The notes under the pieces were generated by a model. It was not told the DNA's origin, did no database searches, and saw nothing but the letters and a program-made list of their open reading frames with translations. 35,144 bases of DNA from Pseudomonadota bacterium (GTDB taxonomy: Bacteria; Bdellovibrionota; Bacteriovoracia; Bacteriovoracales; Bacteriovoracaceae). Where the stretch lies: contig JAJTIF010000184.1 in assembly GCA_021299675.1 (NCBI GenBank), positions 1-35,144 on the forward strand. The letters run 5' to 3'. Both the position numbers and the translations under genes were made by a program. Below are positions 17,458 through 27,886 of this stretch, in pieces. Positions within the stretch are counted from its first letter, which is position 1. The number at the start of each line of letters is the position of its first letter.

Positions 17458-18339
17458 TTAGTGATTGATTGTTCTTTTGCCAGTATCAAGACCTTCATAG
17501 ATGCTTTCGCCGTCACCGAATGCCCGGCGAGCATCTTGAAGCTCCATCAATACCCAGTTCTTTTTATGGATGCCTTGCTCATCACGGCGTCTCATGTCCA
17601 AGGGACGGAAGTAGTACATCGAGGTTTTCATGATGTAGCACAGACGGTTCCATTGGTGATCCTCGTACTGAGCGTATTTCTTGATTTCGTTACACTTCAC
17701 TTCGCTCTTCATGAATTTTTTCTTCCACTCAGGCACAGTGGTGGGCTCACTAGTAAAAGTCTTATCCATCACTAGCTCGACACCGTTGGCGACCACCATC
17801 GGAGCGACGTGGAACCACCAGTCAAAGTCTTCGAGTTGAATGTAGCGACGTGTGTAGAACATATAAATTTTCTGGCTTGTGATTCCGTGTTTCGTCCACA
17901 TGTCCCAAGACCAGATGTGAGCACGCTTGAAGCACTGTGAACGAGACTTGTCGCCATCATTAAGGCTCTTGAATATTTTCTGAGCTCGCTCAAGTGATCC
18001 GATGTCTGTGGGTCTATCATCACGATCGAGGTTGATCGCGAAGTAATTGAGGTCGAGACCCTGAACCTGAGCAGAACTCATGGCAGCGACGTTGGTGATG
18101 ATCCGCTCGGCACCCATCTCTTGGTACGTGATCGTCACAGGGAGGTTGATGAAGGACTCAAGGTACTTCTTCATCTCAGGGCTTGTATCTGTTTTGTAGA
18201 CTCGACCATCAACTCCAGAAAGCACAAGGAGTCTCTGAGTTTTAAGTGAGTCCACCACAGATACGATCGTAGTCAGTGTTTCTGCTGCTAGAGCCTGAAA
18301 AGAGCACATGGCAAAAGCCAGAGCGATCATTAAACGCAT
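17458..18339 (-). CDS. Secreted protein-glutamine glutaminase-like (Cys-His-Asp deamidase fold) protein
   Basis: It has a signal peptide (MRLMIALAFAMCSFQALA). The motifs are SQCFKRAHIW, WWFHVAPMV and LVMDKTF. I recall the Chryseobacterium protein glutaminase motifs as DGCYARAHKM, WSYHVAILV and IIDPSLF. The Cys-to-His spacing is 41 residues in both. Confidence 0.6.
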   Translation of the reverse strand: MRLMIALAFAMCSFQALAAETLTTIVSVVDSLKTQRLLVLSGVDGRVYKTDTSPEMKKYLESFINLPVTITYQEMGAERIITNVAAMSSAQVQGLDLNYFAINLDRDDRPTDIGSLERAQKIFKSLNDGDKSRSQCFKRAHIWSWDMWTKHGITSQKIYMFYTRRYIQLEDFDWWFHVAPMVVANGVELVMDKTFTSEPTTVPEWKKKFMKSEVKCNEIKKYAQYEDHQWNRLCYIMKTSMYYFRPLDMRRRDEQGIHKKNWVLMELQDARRAFGDGESIYEGLDTGKRTINH

Positions 18340-18421
18340 AAAAACCTCTTAATTGATAAAATCGAGGGGGTGATAACATTTAGTGACGCAATAAGTCAGC
18401 GACCTTGAAAATTATTCAAAC

Positions 18422-19000
18422 TCAGTAGTTCTCGGGGAATAGATTTCTCTCAATCCCTTCAATGGTAATGTGAATAATCTTGATGTGAACTTCCTGAATT
18501 CGGTCAGTTATCTGGCTTGGGATGATAATGGGGACATCCACCATAGACTTGAGCTTTCCACCGTCTTTACCCAAAAGCGCCACAACTTTCATGCCGTGAG
18601 CTTTGGCAGCTTCGACGGCCTTGATGACATTTGGAGAATTTCCGCTGGTAGAAATGGCCAATAGGGCGTCTTTGGGGCCTCCCCAGGCTTCTACGTAGCG
18701 TGAAAAGATATGCTCAAAGCCAAAGTCATTGGCAATACAAGTAATGTGTCCCGCGTCCCCAATACCCGTGGCTGGAAGAGGTTTGCGGTCCTTACGGTAG
18801 CGACCTGTGAGTTCTTCAGCAAAGTGAAGAGAGTCGCACATGGAGCCGCCGTTGCCGCAGCTAAAAACATGTCCACCAGTCTTGAAGCTGGTAGTGAAAA
18901 CGTTTATCGCACTCTGGATCTGAGCGATGTTTTTTTCGTCAGTGAAAAATTGGTCGAGGGCTTCTCGGGCTTGAGAGTAAGCCAGCTTAATGAAATCCAT
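18422..19000 (-). CDS. gmhA: SIS-domain phosphoheptose isomerase (GmhA/DiaA family)
   Basis: The ORF is 192 aa with the motifs CGNGGSMCDSLHFAEEL and LLAISTSGNSPNVI. Its ATG overlaps the trxA stop (TAATG). Confidence 0.8.
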   Translation of the reverse strand: MDFIKLAYSQAREALDQFFTDEKNIAQIQSAINVFTTSFKTGGHVFSCGNGGSMCDSLHFAEELTGRYRKDRKPLPATGIGDAGHITCIANDFGFEHIFSRYVEAWGGPKDALLAISTSGNSPNVIKAVEAAKAHGMKVVALLGKDGGKLKSMVDVPIIIPSQITDRIQEVHIKIIHITIEGIERNLFPENY

Positions 19001-19323
19001 TAGGCGAGAGAGTTGATTTGCTTGATGATTTCAGCTTTTGGCTGGTTACCCATCAGCGTGCTCTTCACTTCACCGTTTTTGAAAAGGATCATCGTAGGAA
19101 TTCCACGGATACCGAAGCGGTTGGCAAGCTCAGGAGCCTCATCGACGTTAACCTTAACGATTTGTACTTTTTCACCGCTCTCTTGAGCGACTTCTTCAAG
19201 GACTGGACCTAGAGCGCGGCACGGCCCACACCACTCAGCCCAAAAATCCACTAGAACGGGAGTGGCTGACTGGATAACTTCTTTTTCAAAAGTATCGACT
19301 GTTACGCTTTTAAGATTGGCCAT
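19000..19323 (-). CDS. trxA: Thioredoxin
   Basis: The active site WAEWCGPCR is present. I chose the ATG at 19323 (MANLKSVTV...), which an AGGAGA Shine-Dalgarno precedes and which gives 107 aa. The ORF track extends to 19371. Confidence 0.9.
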   Translation of the reverse strand: MANLKSVTVDTFEKEVIQSATPVLVDFWAEWCGPCRALGPVLEEVAQESGEKVQIVKVNVDEAPELANRFGIRGIPTMILFKNGEVKSTLMGNQPKAEIIKQINSLA

Positions 19324-19467
19324 AAATTCTCCTGGGGGACGCTCTAAATAGAGCATCAAGTCATTAAACATTAGCTGAACTGGGGTTTTCCGGCAAGTCA
19401 GACATCTTGCTGAAACTTAATCATTTTCTTTGTTTTGTGACTAGATCGCTTAGGTTATGATGTCTGC

Positions 19468-19965
19468 ATGGATCGAAAATATCTACTTAATGCAGGGCCT
19501 CAAAGGGCCCGAATGGCTCGACTCTTAGCTAAAGGCATCGATCTTTTCATCGTTTTTCTCGTGTCCTTTTTTTCTTACCCCTTGGGTCTGGCCTTGGCGA
19601 TTGGTTATCTGGCCATTTCCGATTCACTCTTTGATGGTCAGTCACTAGGTAAAAGAGTCATTGGTTTTAAAGTGGTCTCGCTTGAGGACGGCAAGCCCTG
19701 TGGTATGCGTCAGTCTTTGGTGCGAAATCTTCCTATTCTACTCCCGATGGCTTTTGCTCTCGTTCCCTTCTGGGGATGGATCCTGTGTGTGATGCTCTCA
19801 GTACCACTTATCTTTTTAGAACTATATTTTTTATTCAAACTAGACTCAGCTCATCGCTTGGGTGATGTGATGGCGGACACAACGGTCATCGGCAACGATG
19901 CTCAACGCCTCGATCTTCGCCGTAGCCAAAGTTGGTTTGCTGATCAAAAGCCGATGGCTCCATAG
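19468..19965 (+). CDS. RDD-family integral membrane protein
   Basis: The RDD signature residues appear in context (RMARLLAKGIDLFIV, GQSLGKRVIGFKVV, HRLGDVMADTTVI). There are three predicted TM helices. Confidence 0.65.
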   Translation: MDRKYLLNAGPQRARMARLLAKGIDLFIVFLVSFFSYPLGLALAIGYLAISDSLFDGQSLGKRVIGFKVVSLEDGKPCGMRQSLVRNLPILLPMAFALVPFWGWILCVMLSVPLIFLELYFLFKLDSAHRLGDVMADTTVIGNDAQRLDLRRSQSWFADQKPMAP

Positions 19966-19977
19966 ATTAGGACTTCC

Positions 19978-22599
19978 ATGAAACGATTAATGGTTATTGA
20001 TGTCAGTAACTTCATCTTCCGTGCTTTTTTTGCCATCCGACCTTTGACCTCTCCCGCGGGTCTTCCGGTTAATGCCGTTTACGGCGTGCTGACGATGTTT
20101 CATCGCCTCATCATCGATCTAAAACCAACTCATGTGATCTGTGCTCGCGATACCAAGGAGCCCTCCTTCCGCCACAAGATGTACGAGAACTACAAGGCGA
20201 ATCGCTCTGATCCGCCGGATGACCTCATCCCGCAGTTTGCCCTGATCGATGAGCTCTTGCTGAAACTCGGTTTGCCATCGATCGCCATGCCTGGGTTTGA
20301 GGCAGACGACATCATCGGTTCTGTCGTCACACAGATGCAGGGTGAGTTTGATGAAATCCTCATCGCCTCTGGTGATAAAGACCTCATGCAGTTCGTAAAT
20401 GATCGGGTCAAAATGCTCGATACCATGAAAGAAAAAATTTACGGCATCCAAGACGTCGAAGATAAAATGGGTGTTCCGCCGAGTCAGATCGTGGACTACC
20501 TATCCATCATCGGCGACACCTCAGATAACATCCCAGGTATTCCCGGCATCGGACCCAAGGGAGCCTCCGCGCTGCTGAAACAGTTTGGAACCCTGGAAGA
20601 GGTGCTGAAGAACGCCGATCAAGTGAAGGCGAAGCGTACCTCTGAACTTTTGAAAGAGCACGCTGAGCTGGCCCGGCTTTCAAAAAAGCTCGTTGAAATC
20701 AAATGCGACATAAGTCTCCCTTTGAAGATCAGTGATAGTTTTTTTGAATTTAAAGTCGATCAAGCATTGTTGGATTATCTGGAAAGTTTGGGTTTCAGAA
20801 GTTTCATCTCTAAGATCGGCGCATTACCTGTCAACGAGTCGAAGCCGGCCCTTAAGACCTTGCCTGCAGTGGAAAGCCGCAAAATGCAAGAGCTCAAGTC
20901 CCTTGATGATCTTGCTGAAAAGATAAAAAACTCATCCACGCTCTACATCTATCCTGTTCTGCCCGATGAGCTCAACCCCTTCTCGGCTACCTCGGCGATT
21001 GCCTTTGGTAGCGAGCAGTTTTTAGGATTCATCACGCAGGTCGATGAAGCAAAAGTGTGGAGCCTAATTGGGGCGAATGCTCAGAAGATTGTGGCCTGGG
21101 ATCTAAAGCTTATATGGCATCGATTCTTGCGCTATGGTGTGGATCTCATCGCCGGCGAGGACCTGTCACAGATGAGCTTTGTGGTGGCTCCTGAGTCACG
21201 CCATGACTTAGATACGCTTTCACGGGAGTACTCTGGCCACGGACTGACTGACCTGGAGGCGCAAGCCCAGGGAGAACTCTTTGGGCCTCAGTATAATCCG
21301 GAGTCTTTCACGGAAAGGATCCAGGCCCTCGAGCGAGGCTTCGTGGGTCTCAAGGAAAAGCTAGAGTCCCTCAAGCTGGATGCTCCCTACCGCGACCTCG
21401 ACTTACCTCTGATTGAAGTGCTGGCGCGCATGGAGCTCATCGGTATCACACTAGACACTGGGTTCTATAAAACACTCGAAGGCGAATTTACACAGCAAAC
21501 ACAGAAGATCGAACAAGACGTGGAGCTGCTCGCGGGTCATCCGATTAATCTTAAGTCCCCAAAACAGCTCTCTCAGCTTTTATTTGAAGAGCTCTCTCTG
21601 CCGGTCATAAAGAAAACGAAGACGGGTTACTCTACAGATGCAGATGTCTTGGAAGAGCTTGCGGCGATGAAGGTCAATCCTATCCCGGAGCTATTGCTCC
21701 AATTTAGAGAACTCGAGAAGTTGAACTCCACTTACGTTAAAGTTTTTCCCTCACTGGTGGCAGATGATGGCAGACTGCATACGCACTTTCGTCCCGCCAA
21801 CGCGGCGACCGGGCGGCTTTCCAGTGATCACCCCAACCTTCAGAATATTCCAGTGAGAACAGAAAATGGCCGCCGGCTCCGCAAGGGCTTCATCGCCGCG
21901 AAGGATAGAATTCTTCTGGCAGCGGACTATTCGCAGGTAGAACTTCGCATCCTGGCTCACTTCTCAGAAGATCCAGTGATGCTCGAGGCCTTTGCTCAAA
22001 ACAAAGATATTCACCAGCAAACGGCAGCGGAAGTCTTCGAGGTGCCCTTAGATAAAGTCACGAAGGAGCAGCGTAATAGTGCTAAAGCGATCAACTTCGG
22101 TTTGATGTACGGGCAGACGGGCTTTGGGCTTTCGAACACCTTGAAGATATCTCAGAATGAGGCACGGGATTATATAAAACTTTATTTTCAGCGCTTTGGT
22201 CGAGTTAAAGGCTACCTCGATTCTCTTAAGGAATTTGCCGAAGCCAATGGCTACGCCGAGACACTCTTCGGCCGGAAGAGATTTTTACCCGACATCAAAT
22301 CACAGAACCGCCAGGTGAAGGCGATGGCGGAGAGGATAGCGATCAACAGTCCCATCCAAGGGACAGCCGCTGATATTATCAAGCTGGCCATGATCAATCT
22401 CCAGCGCTCGCTCGATCAGAAAAAATTAAGAGCAAAGCTCATCCTTCAGGTCCACGATGAACTCATCCTTGAGCTTCCCCCCGAGGAAGAAAGGGAAGTG
22501 GCGGAGCTTGTCCGCCATCACATGGAAAACGCGGTAAGCCTCAGGGTCCCGCTTAAGGTCGATATGGGTAGTGGACCAAATTGGTTCGAGCTTAAGTAG
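19978..22599 (+). CDS. polA: DNA polymerase I
   Basis: The 5' nuclease motifs are VIDVSNFIFRAFFA, GFEADDIIGS and GDTSDNIPGIPGIGPKGA. The polymerase motifs are A (LLAADYSQVELRILAH), B (RNSAKAINFGLMYG) and C (LQVHDELILE). Confidence 0.95.
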   Translation: MKRLMVIDVSNFIFRAFFAIRPLTSPAGLPVNAVYGVLTMFHRLIIDLKPTHVICARDTKEPSFRHKMYENYKANRSDPPDDLIPQFALIDELLLKLGLPSIAMPGFEADDIIGSVVTQMQGEFDEILIASGDKDLMQFVNDRVKMLDTMKEKIYGIQDVEDKMGVPPSQIVDYLSIIGDTSDNIPGIPGIGPKGASALLKQFGTLEEVLKNADQVKAKRTSELLKEHAELARLSKKLVEIKCDISLPLKISDSFFEFKVDQALLDYLESLGFRSFISKIGALPVNESKPALKTLPAVESRKMQELKSLDDLAEKIKNSSTLYIYPVLPDELNPFSATSAIAFGSEQFLGFITQVDEAKVWSLIGANAQKIVAWDLKLIWHRFLRYGVDLIAGEDLSQMSFVVAPESRHDLDTLSREYSGHGLTDLEAQAQGELFGPQYNPESFTERIQALERGFVGLKEKLESLKLDAPYRDLDLPLIEVLARMELIGITLDTGFYKTLEGEFTQQTQKIEQDVELLAGHPINLKSPKQLSQLLFEELSLPVIKKTKTGYSTDADVLEELAAMKVNPIPELLLQFRELEKLNSTYVKVFPSLVADDGRLHTHFRPANAATGRLSSDHPNLQNIPVRTENGRRLRKGFIAAKDRILLAADYSQVELRILAHFSEDPVMLEAFAQNKDIHQQTAAEVFEVPLDKVTKEQRNSAKAINFGLMYGQTGFGLSNTLKISQNEARDYIKLYFQRFGRVKGYLDSLKEFAEANGYAETLFGRKRFLPDIKSQNRQVKAMAERIAINSPIQGTAADIIKLAMINLQRSLDQKKLRAKLILQVHDELILELPPEEEREVAELVRHHMENAVSLRVPLKVDMGSGPNWFELK

Positions 22600-22626
22600 C
22601 TTCTCGACTCTGTCGATACTAGCTTC

Positions 22627-23031
22627 ATGAGATATCTCTTCCTCATGCTGATTTCATTTTCTGTCCTGGCAGACGACTACTGCTACTGCAACCTCTATGC
22701 GGTCAAGCCCTTAGCAGCTGCTCGCGAGGTCGAGGATTTAAAACTCACTCAGGTGAGGCTCGATTATTTTGAAAATTACAGCGAGGATTCGCGCCTTCAG
22801 TGTGTTGAAAGCTGTCGAATGAGAGCGGCTCAAGAAGTCAGGCTTTTCCACGAAGACATTGAGCTGTGGTCAAAAAAATTGATCGTAGGGAATTTGCACG
22901 GAAAACACTGCACTGGACCCACTGACGTTAAAGTTCCGGTTCGGGCGAAAGCCACGCTCGGGGATTACTCACTAGGGCTCGCCCACCAGGGGATCGTTTT
23001 CATTCATCTAGATCAGGCCTGCAAACTCTGA
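22627..23031 (+). CDS. Small secreted Cys-containing protein, unknown function
   Basis: The ORF is 134 aa with a signal peptide (MRYLFLMLISFSVLADD) and six Cys. I recognised no family. Confidence 0.6.
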   Translation: MRYLFLMLISFSVLADDYCYCNLYAVKPLAAAREVEDLKLTQVRLDYFENYSEDSRLQCVESCRMRAAQEVRLFHEDIELWSKKLIVGNLHGKHCTGPTDVKVPVRAKATLGDYSLGLAHQGIVFIHLDQACKL

Positions 23032-23037
23032 TCATTC

Positions 23038-24927
23038 TTGTCAGCTGCTATAGAAGACCCCACAAAATGCCGAAATGGAGTTAACAGGAGCTGCTCTTTG
23101 TTGACCCTCTTTGCCACTCTTTCCACTAGCTTGATCATCTACATGGCATTTGCCCTGTGGTGGTTTCTTGTGCTCGAAAAAAAATTAGAGCAAGACATTC
23201 AATTAGATTTGAATCAGTTTCATCGAAAAGCAAATAAACCATTTGGCGTACTCTACATTCTTCACTTCGCAGCCATGCTGCTGATCGCTCACATGGTTCC
23301 TCACGCCATGTCGGCGTGGTTACAGTTTTTTGTATTTGGTCTGGGCTCGATCATCACGACCTACAGCTTTCAAACTTTCCTCATCTACCCGTGGCACAAA
23401 AAACTTGCCGGCGAAACACCTGAGAGATTTCTAAAGTCGGTGCTCGCTTATGTCCGCCTCACCGCGGCCCTACTTGCGCCCTTTTTCATCTTCCAACTTT
23501 TGAACGCAACCCTCATCGATCCGCCGGATGTGGGGATCGATGCCGTGGAAACGTTGGTGTTGAATCTCGGTCGTATCGTCGTGCTCTCACTCTTCACGAT
23601 TGTGTTCTCTGTGATGTTCATGTTGCGCATGATCCCCAACTCAAAGGTAGATGAGAAAGAATACTTGGATCAGATTGGTAAACGCCTCAATCAGATTGGG
23701 TGGACGGACGTCCGCTTGCGCTGGATTGATATCCCGAACTTCAATAACGCTTTCGTGGTGGGTTTTAAGTGGTTTGGGTTTTCGAACCAAACCATGTTCA
23801 TTGGTCGATCACTGCGGGATCTACTAACTCGCGATGAGTTCGACGCTGTTATCTGCCACGAACTCGGTCACATGGCCAATGGCCATCTTCTGAAACGCAT
23901 CACCTATGCCATGGCCCTGCTTTTTGGTCTCATCCTCTCTTTTGTAACCTCGCTCCTTATCAGTGGTGTTTTAACATTCGTCCTAAGTGACGATCCAGCT
24001 ACGAGCTCATTCGTGTTTGGACTTTCGCTGATGATAACGCTGATTCTCTCATACATGCTGATCGTCTCTTGGACCTTTAAAAACTATCGCCAACAGGAAC
24101 ACGAGGCTGATGCCTTCGCCGTCATGAAGCTTGGGATCAAGCTGGAAGACTTAGAAAAGTCTCTGCGCAAGGTGGCCAATAAATTCCGGGCTGAAGCCAA
24201 TCGAGAGAAGATCTGGAATCCCTTCAATACTCATCCGGAGATTGAGACAAGGATTGAGAATGTAAAAAATAAAATTTCCCTCGGAGTCGAGTACGATTGG
24301 AACCAATCTGTCATCAGTCGACTCTTGGAAATCACCTTTCGAGCGGCGTCCCCAAGGGCCATGGCGCTGGGCTTTTCGCTCTTCATTCTCACGGGGCTCT
24401 TGATCCACACGAATGTGACCCAGAACAAAAACTATCTCATGATGGTTGAGCGCGGATCAGTTCAGGAACTGCAAGAATACCGCTGGCATCACTCCCACAT
24501 CAACTCACGGCTCTATCTCATCTTTGGCGTGACGCCCATCGAGGTTGCCACCTATAAGAAGAACATCGATGTGGTGAAGCTTCTGGTGGCTAAGGGCGCG
24601 GACGTCTCCAAGGGCTCGGGGTTTAACTCGGCTATCGACATCGCTTACAACCAGAAAAACTGGGAGCTTCTGAATTACCTTCTCATCCGAGTCAGTGATC
24701 AGTGGCTGGTCTCCAACTCTCAGCGTCTATTGAAGCTCTCGCTTAACGATGAATCAGGGCAAGGCCTGAAGATTTTCCTTGAGCACAAGCTCCACAAGCA
24801 TCTGTCTCCAGAGGATTTGAATCGAATCGTCGATCGGGCACAGATCCAGAACAACCCGACTATGATCTCGGCCCTAAGCGCGCAAGGCTTGATTGGACCG
24901 AAACGTCTTCCAGCCTCAGCTAAATAA
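23038..24927 (+). CDS. Polytopic membrane M48-type zinc metalloprotease with C-terminal ankyrin repeats
   Basis: It has HExxH (VICHELGHMANGH) and a downstream Glu (QQEHEADAFAV), with multiple TM helices on both sides. An ankyrin-like unit lies near the C-terminus (TPIEVATYKKNIDVVKLLVAKGADVSKG...SAIDIAYNQKNWELLNYLL). The start is uncertain: a TTG at 23098 follows an AGGAG Shine-Dalgarno by 7 nt and may be the real start. Confidence 0.7.
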   Translation: MSAAIEDPTKCRNGVNRSCSLLTLFATLSTSLIIYMAFALWWFLVLEKKLEQDIQLDLNQFHRKANKPFGVLYILHFAAMLLIAHMVPHAMSAWLQFFVFGLGSIITTYSFQTFLIYPWHKKLAGETPERFLKSVLAYVRLTAALLAPFFIFQLLNATLIDPPDVGIDAVETLVLNLGRIVVLSLFTIVFSVMFMLRMIPNSKVDEKEYLDQIGKRLNQIGWTDVRLRWIDIPNFNNAFVVGFKWFGFSNQTMFIGRSLRDLLTRDEFDAVICHELGHMANGHLLKRITYAMALLFGLILSFVTSLLISGVLTFVLSDDPATSSFVFGLSLMITLILSYMLIVSWTFKNYRQQEHEADAFAVMKLGIKLEDLEKSLRKVANKFRAEANREKIWNPFNTHPEIETRIENVKNKISLGVEYDWNQSVISRLLEITFRAASPRAMALGFSLFILTGLLIHTNVTQNKNYLMMVERGSVQELQEYRWHHSHINSRLYLIFGVTPIEVATYKKNIDVVKLLVAKGADVSKGSGFNSAIDIAYNQKNWELLNYLLIRVSDQWLVSNSQRLLKLSLNDESGQGLKIFLEHKLHKHLSPEDLNRIVDRAQIQNNPTMISALSAQGLIGPKRLPASAK

Positions 24928-24946
24928 TTTTAAAAAAATGAATGAC

Positions 24947-25447
24947 TTATTTCCAAGTGACAGGAATAGAGATGTTCGCTGTGGTGGTGTTGTCCGAGAT
25001 AGGTGAGTGAGTAAGTTTGAAGTGGATCTCTTTACCTTGGTCGATAGGGAATATAAATTTCTCAATGTTCGCTTCAGTTAAACCAAAGTCTCTACCATCA
25101 AGGTCGGCACAGCGGGTGAATCGATAGAGATTACCGGCACCGGTCCAGGTACAGAAAAACTCTGGTTCACCATTGAGGTAGTTCACTTCGAGTCTGATCT
25201 GATGTTGGTTTGAAACACTGCTCTCTGAGAGCACAATGCTTGGAATAATGATGTCGCCATCTTTTTGGAAAGTCGCTTTAGCTGTTTTTGCTTTTATCGC
25301 TTGAAGAAAAATCGACTTGGGAAGATTAACTTCTTGGCGCTGGCTTTCAGAGCCTGTGTCTTGTGGCATCTTCTTTCCGCATGACACAAACGTGAGTACC
25401 ATGGGGCAGAGAGGCAGATACTTGAACAGACTTTTAACTATCATCAA
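24947..25447 (-). CDS. Lipoprotein of unknown function
   Basis: The ORF is 166 aa with a lipobox (LTFVS-C-GKK) and a GGAAGGGG Shine-Dalgarno upstream. The mature part looks beta-rich. Confidence 0.65.
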   Translation of the reverse strand: MMIVKSLFKYLPLCPMVLTFVSCGKKMPQDTGSESQRQEVNLPKSIFLQAIKAKTAKATFQKDGDIIIPSIVLSESSVSNQHQIRLEVNYLNGEPEFFCTWTGAGNLYRFTRCADLDGRDFGLTEANIEKFIFPIDQGKEIHFKLTHSPISDNTTTANISIPVTWK

Positions 25448-25752
25448 TTCCCCTTCCGTGGGAGTGATTACTATTTAATTGTAACGTACTAATCGTTTCG
25501 GATAGGAAGGGGCCAACTTGAGACTTCTCAAACGTAGAGAATTATAAAGAGGGCGAGGAAAAAATTGCCAGTTGCAAGCTATTGAAGTGTCGTAATGGCC
25601 CCGCTTTTTTGAAAATCAAAGATCTTTTGTAAGTTAATAAAACCGATCCGCTCGTGCTTCACTGGCTGAGCTCTAAACCAAGGAAGTTCTAAATATCAGC
25701 ACCTTAGATTGCTTAAACCTAAAAAATGATTTTTTTCTTTTGGGGTGAAGCC

Positions 25753-25780
25753 TTGACACTGGTGAAACCGCTATTAGATT
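25753..25780 (+). promoter_or_regulatory. Candidate sigma70-type promoter for groES-groEL
   Basis: TTGACA (25753-25758) is followed by a 16-nt spacer and TAGATT (25775-25780), about 70 nt upstream of the groES ATG. This is pattern match only. Confidence 0.35.
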
Positions 25781-25851
25781 GTGTGTGCCAATTCCGATTG
25801 AAACTTTATTAAAGACTTAATGCTTTGCGCATTTTAACAGGAGGACTTTCC

Positions 25852-26139
25852 ATGACCGTTAAGCCATTACAAGATCGCGTTCTTATCAAGCGTCTCGAAG
25901 AAGAAACAAAAACAGCTGGTGGGATTATCATCCCTGATAACCACAAAGAAAAACCTGCTCAAGGTGAAGTGGTAGCTGTCGGTAATGGTTACCGCCTTCA
26001 AGACGGTAACGTGAAGGCCCTCGATGTTAAAAAAGGGGACAAAGTTCTCTTCGGAAAATACTCCGGCACAGAAGTGAAAGTGGGTGGTGAGCACTACCTC
26101 ATCATGAAAGAAGACGAAATCCTCGGTATCCTTCAATAA
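25852..26139 (+). CDS. groES: Co-chaperonin GroES
   Basis: [14 protein letters not shown]...TAGGIIIPD includes the mobile loop. The 95-aa ORF has an AGGAGGA Shine-Dalgarno 6 nt upstream. The ORF track's TTG at 25825 is unlikely to be the start. Confidence 0.95.
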   Translation: MTVKPLQDRVLIKRLEEETKTAGGIIIPDNHKEKPAQGEVVAVGNGYRLQDGNVKALDVKKGDKVLFGKYSGTEVKVGGEHYLIMKEDEILGILQ

Positions 26140-26156
26140 TTTTTTTATCCTCATAG

Positions 26157-27821
<1,665 letters not shown>

Positions 27822-27860
27822 GCCACTTGGCCCGTTAATCGCTAGACTATCTTGATGAGA

Positions 27861-27886
27861 GGGGGACCGTTTTGGTCCCCCTTTTT
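27861..27886 (+). terminator. Intrinsic terminator after groEL
   Basis: The stem is GGGGGACC-GTTTT-GGTCCCCC (8 bp, GC-rich) and is followed by TTTTT. Confidence 0.85.

Noticed and set aside
22580-22595. GGTTCGAGC resembles a tRNA T-arm.
   Set aside because: It lies inside the polA coding sequence, and no acceptor or anticodon arms can be built around it.
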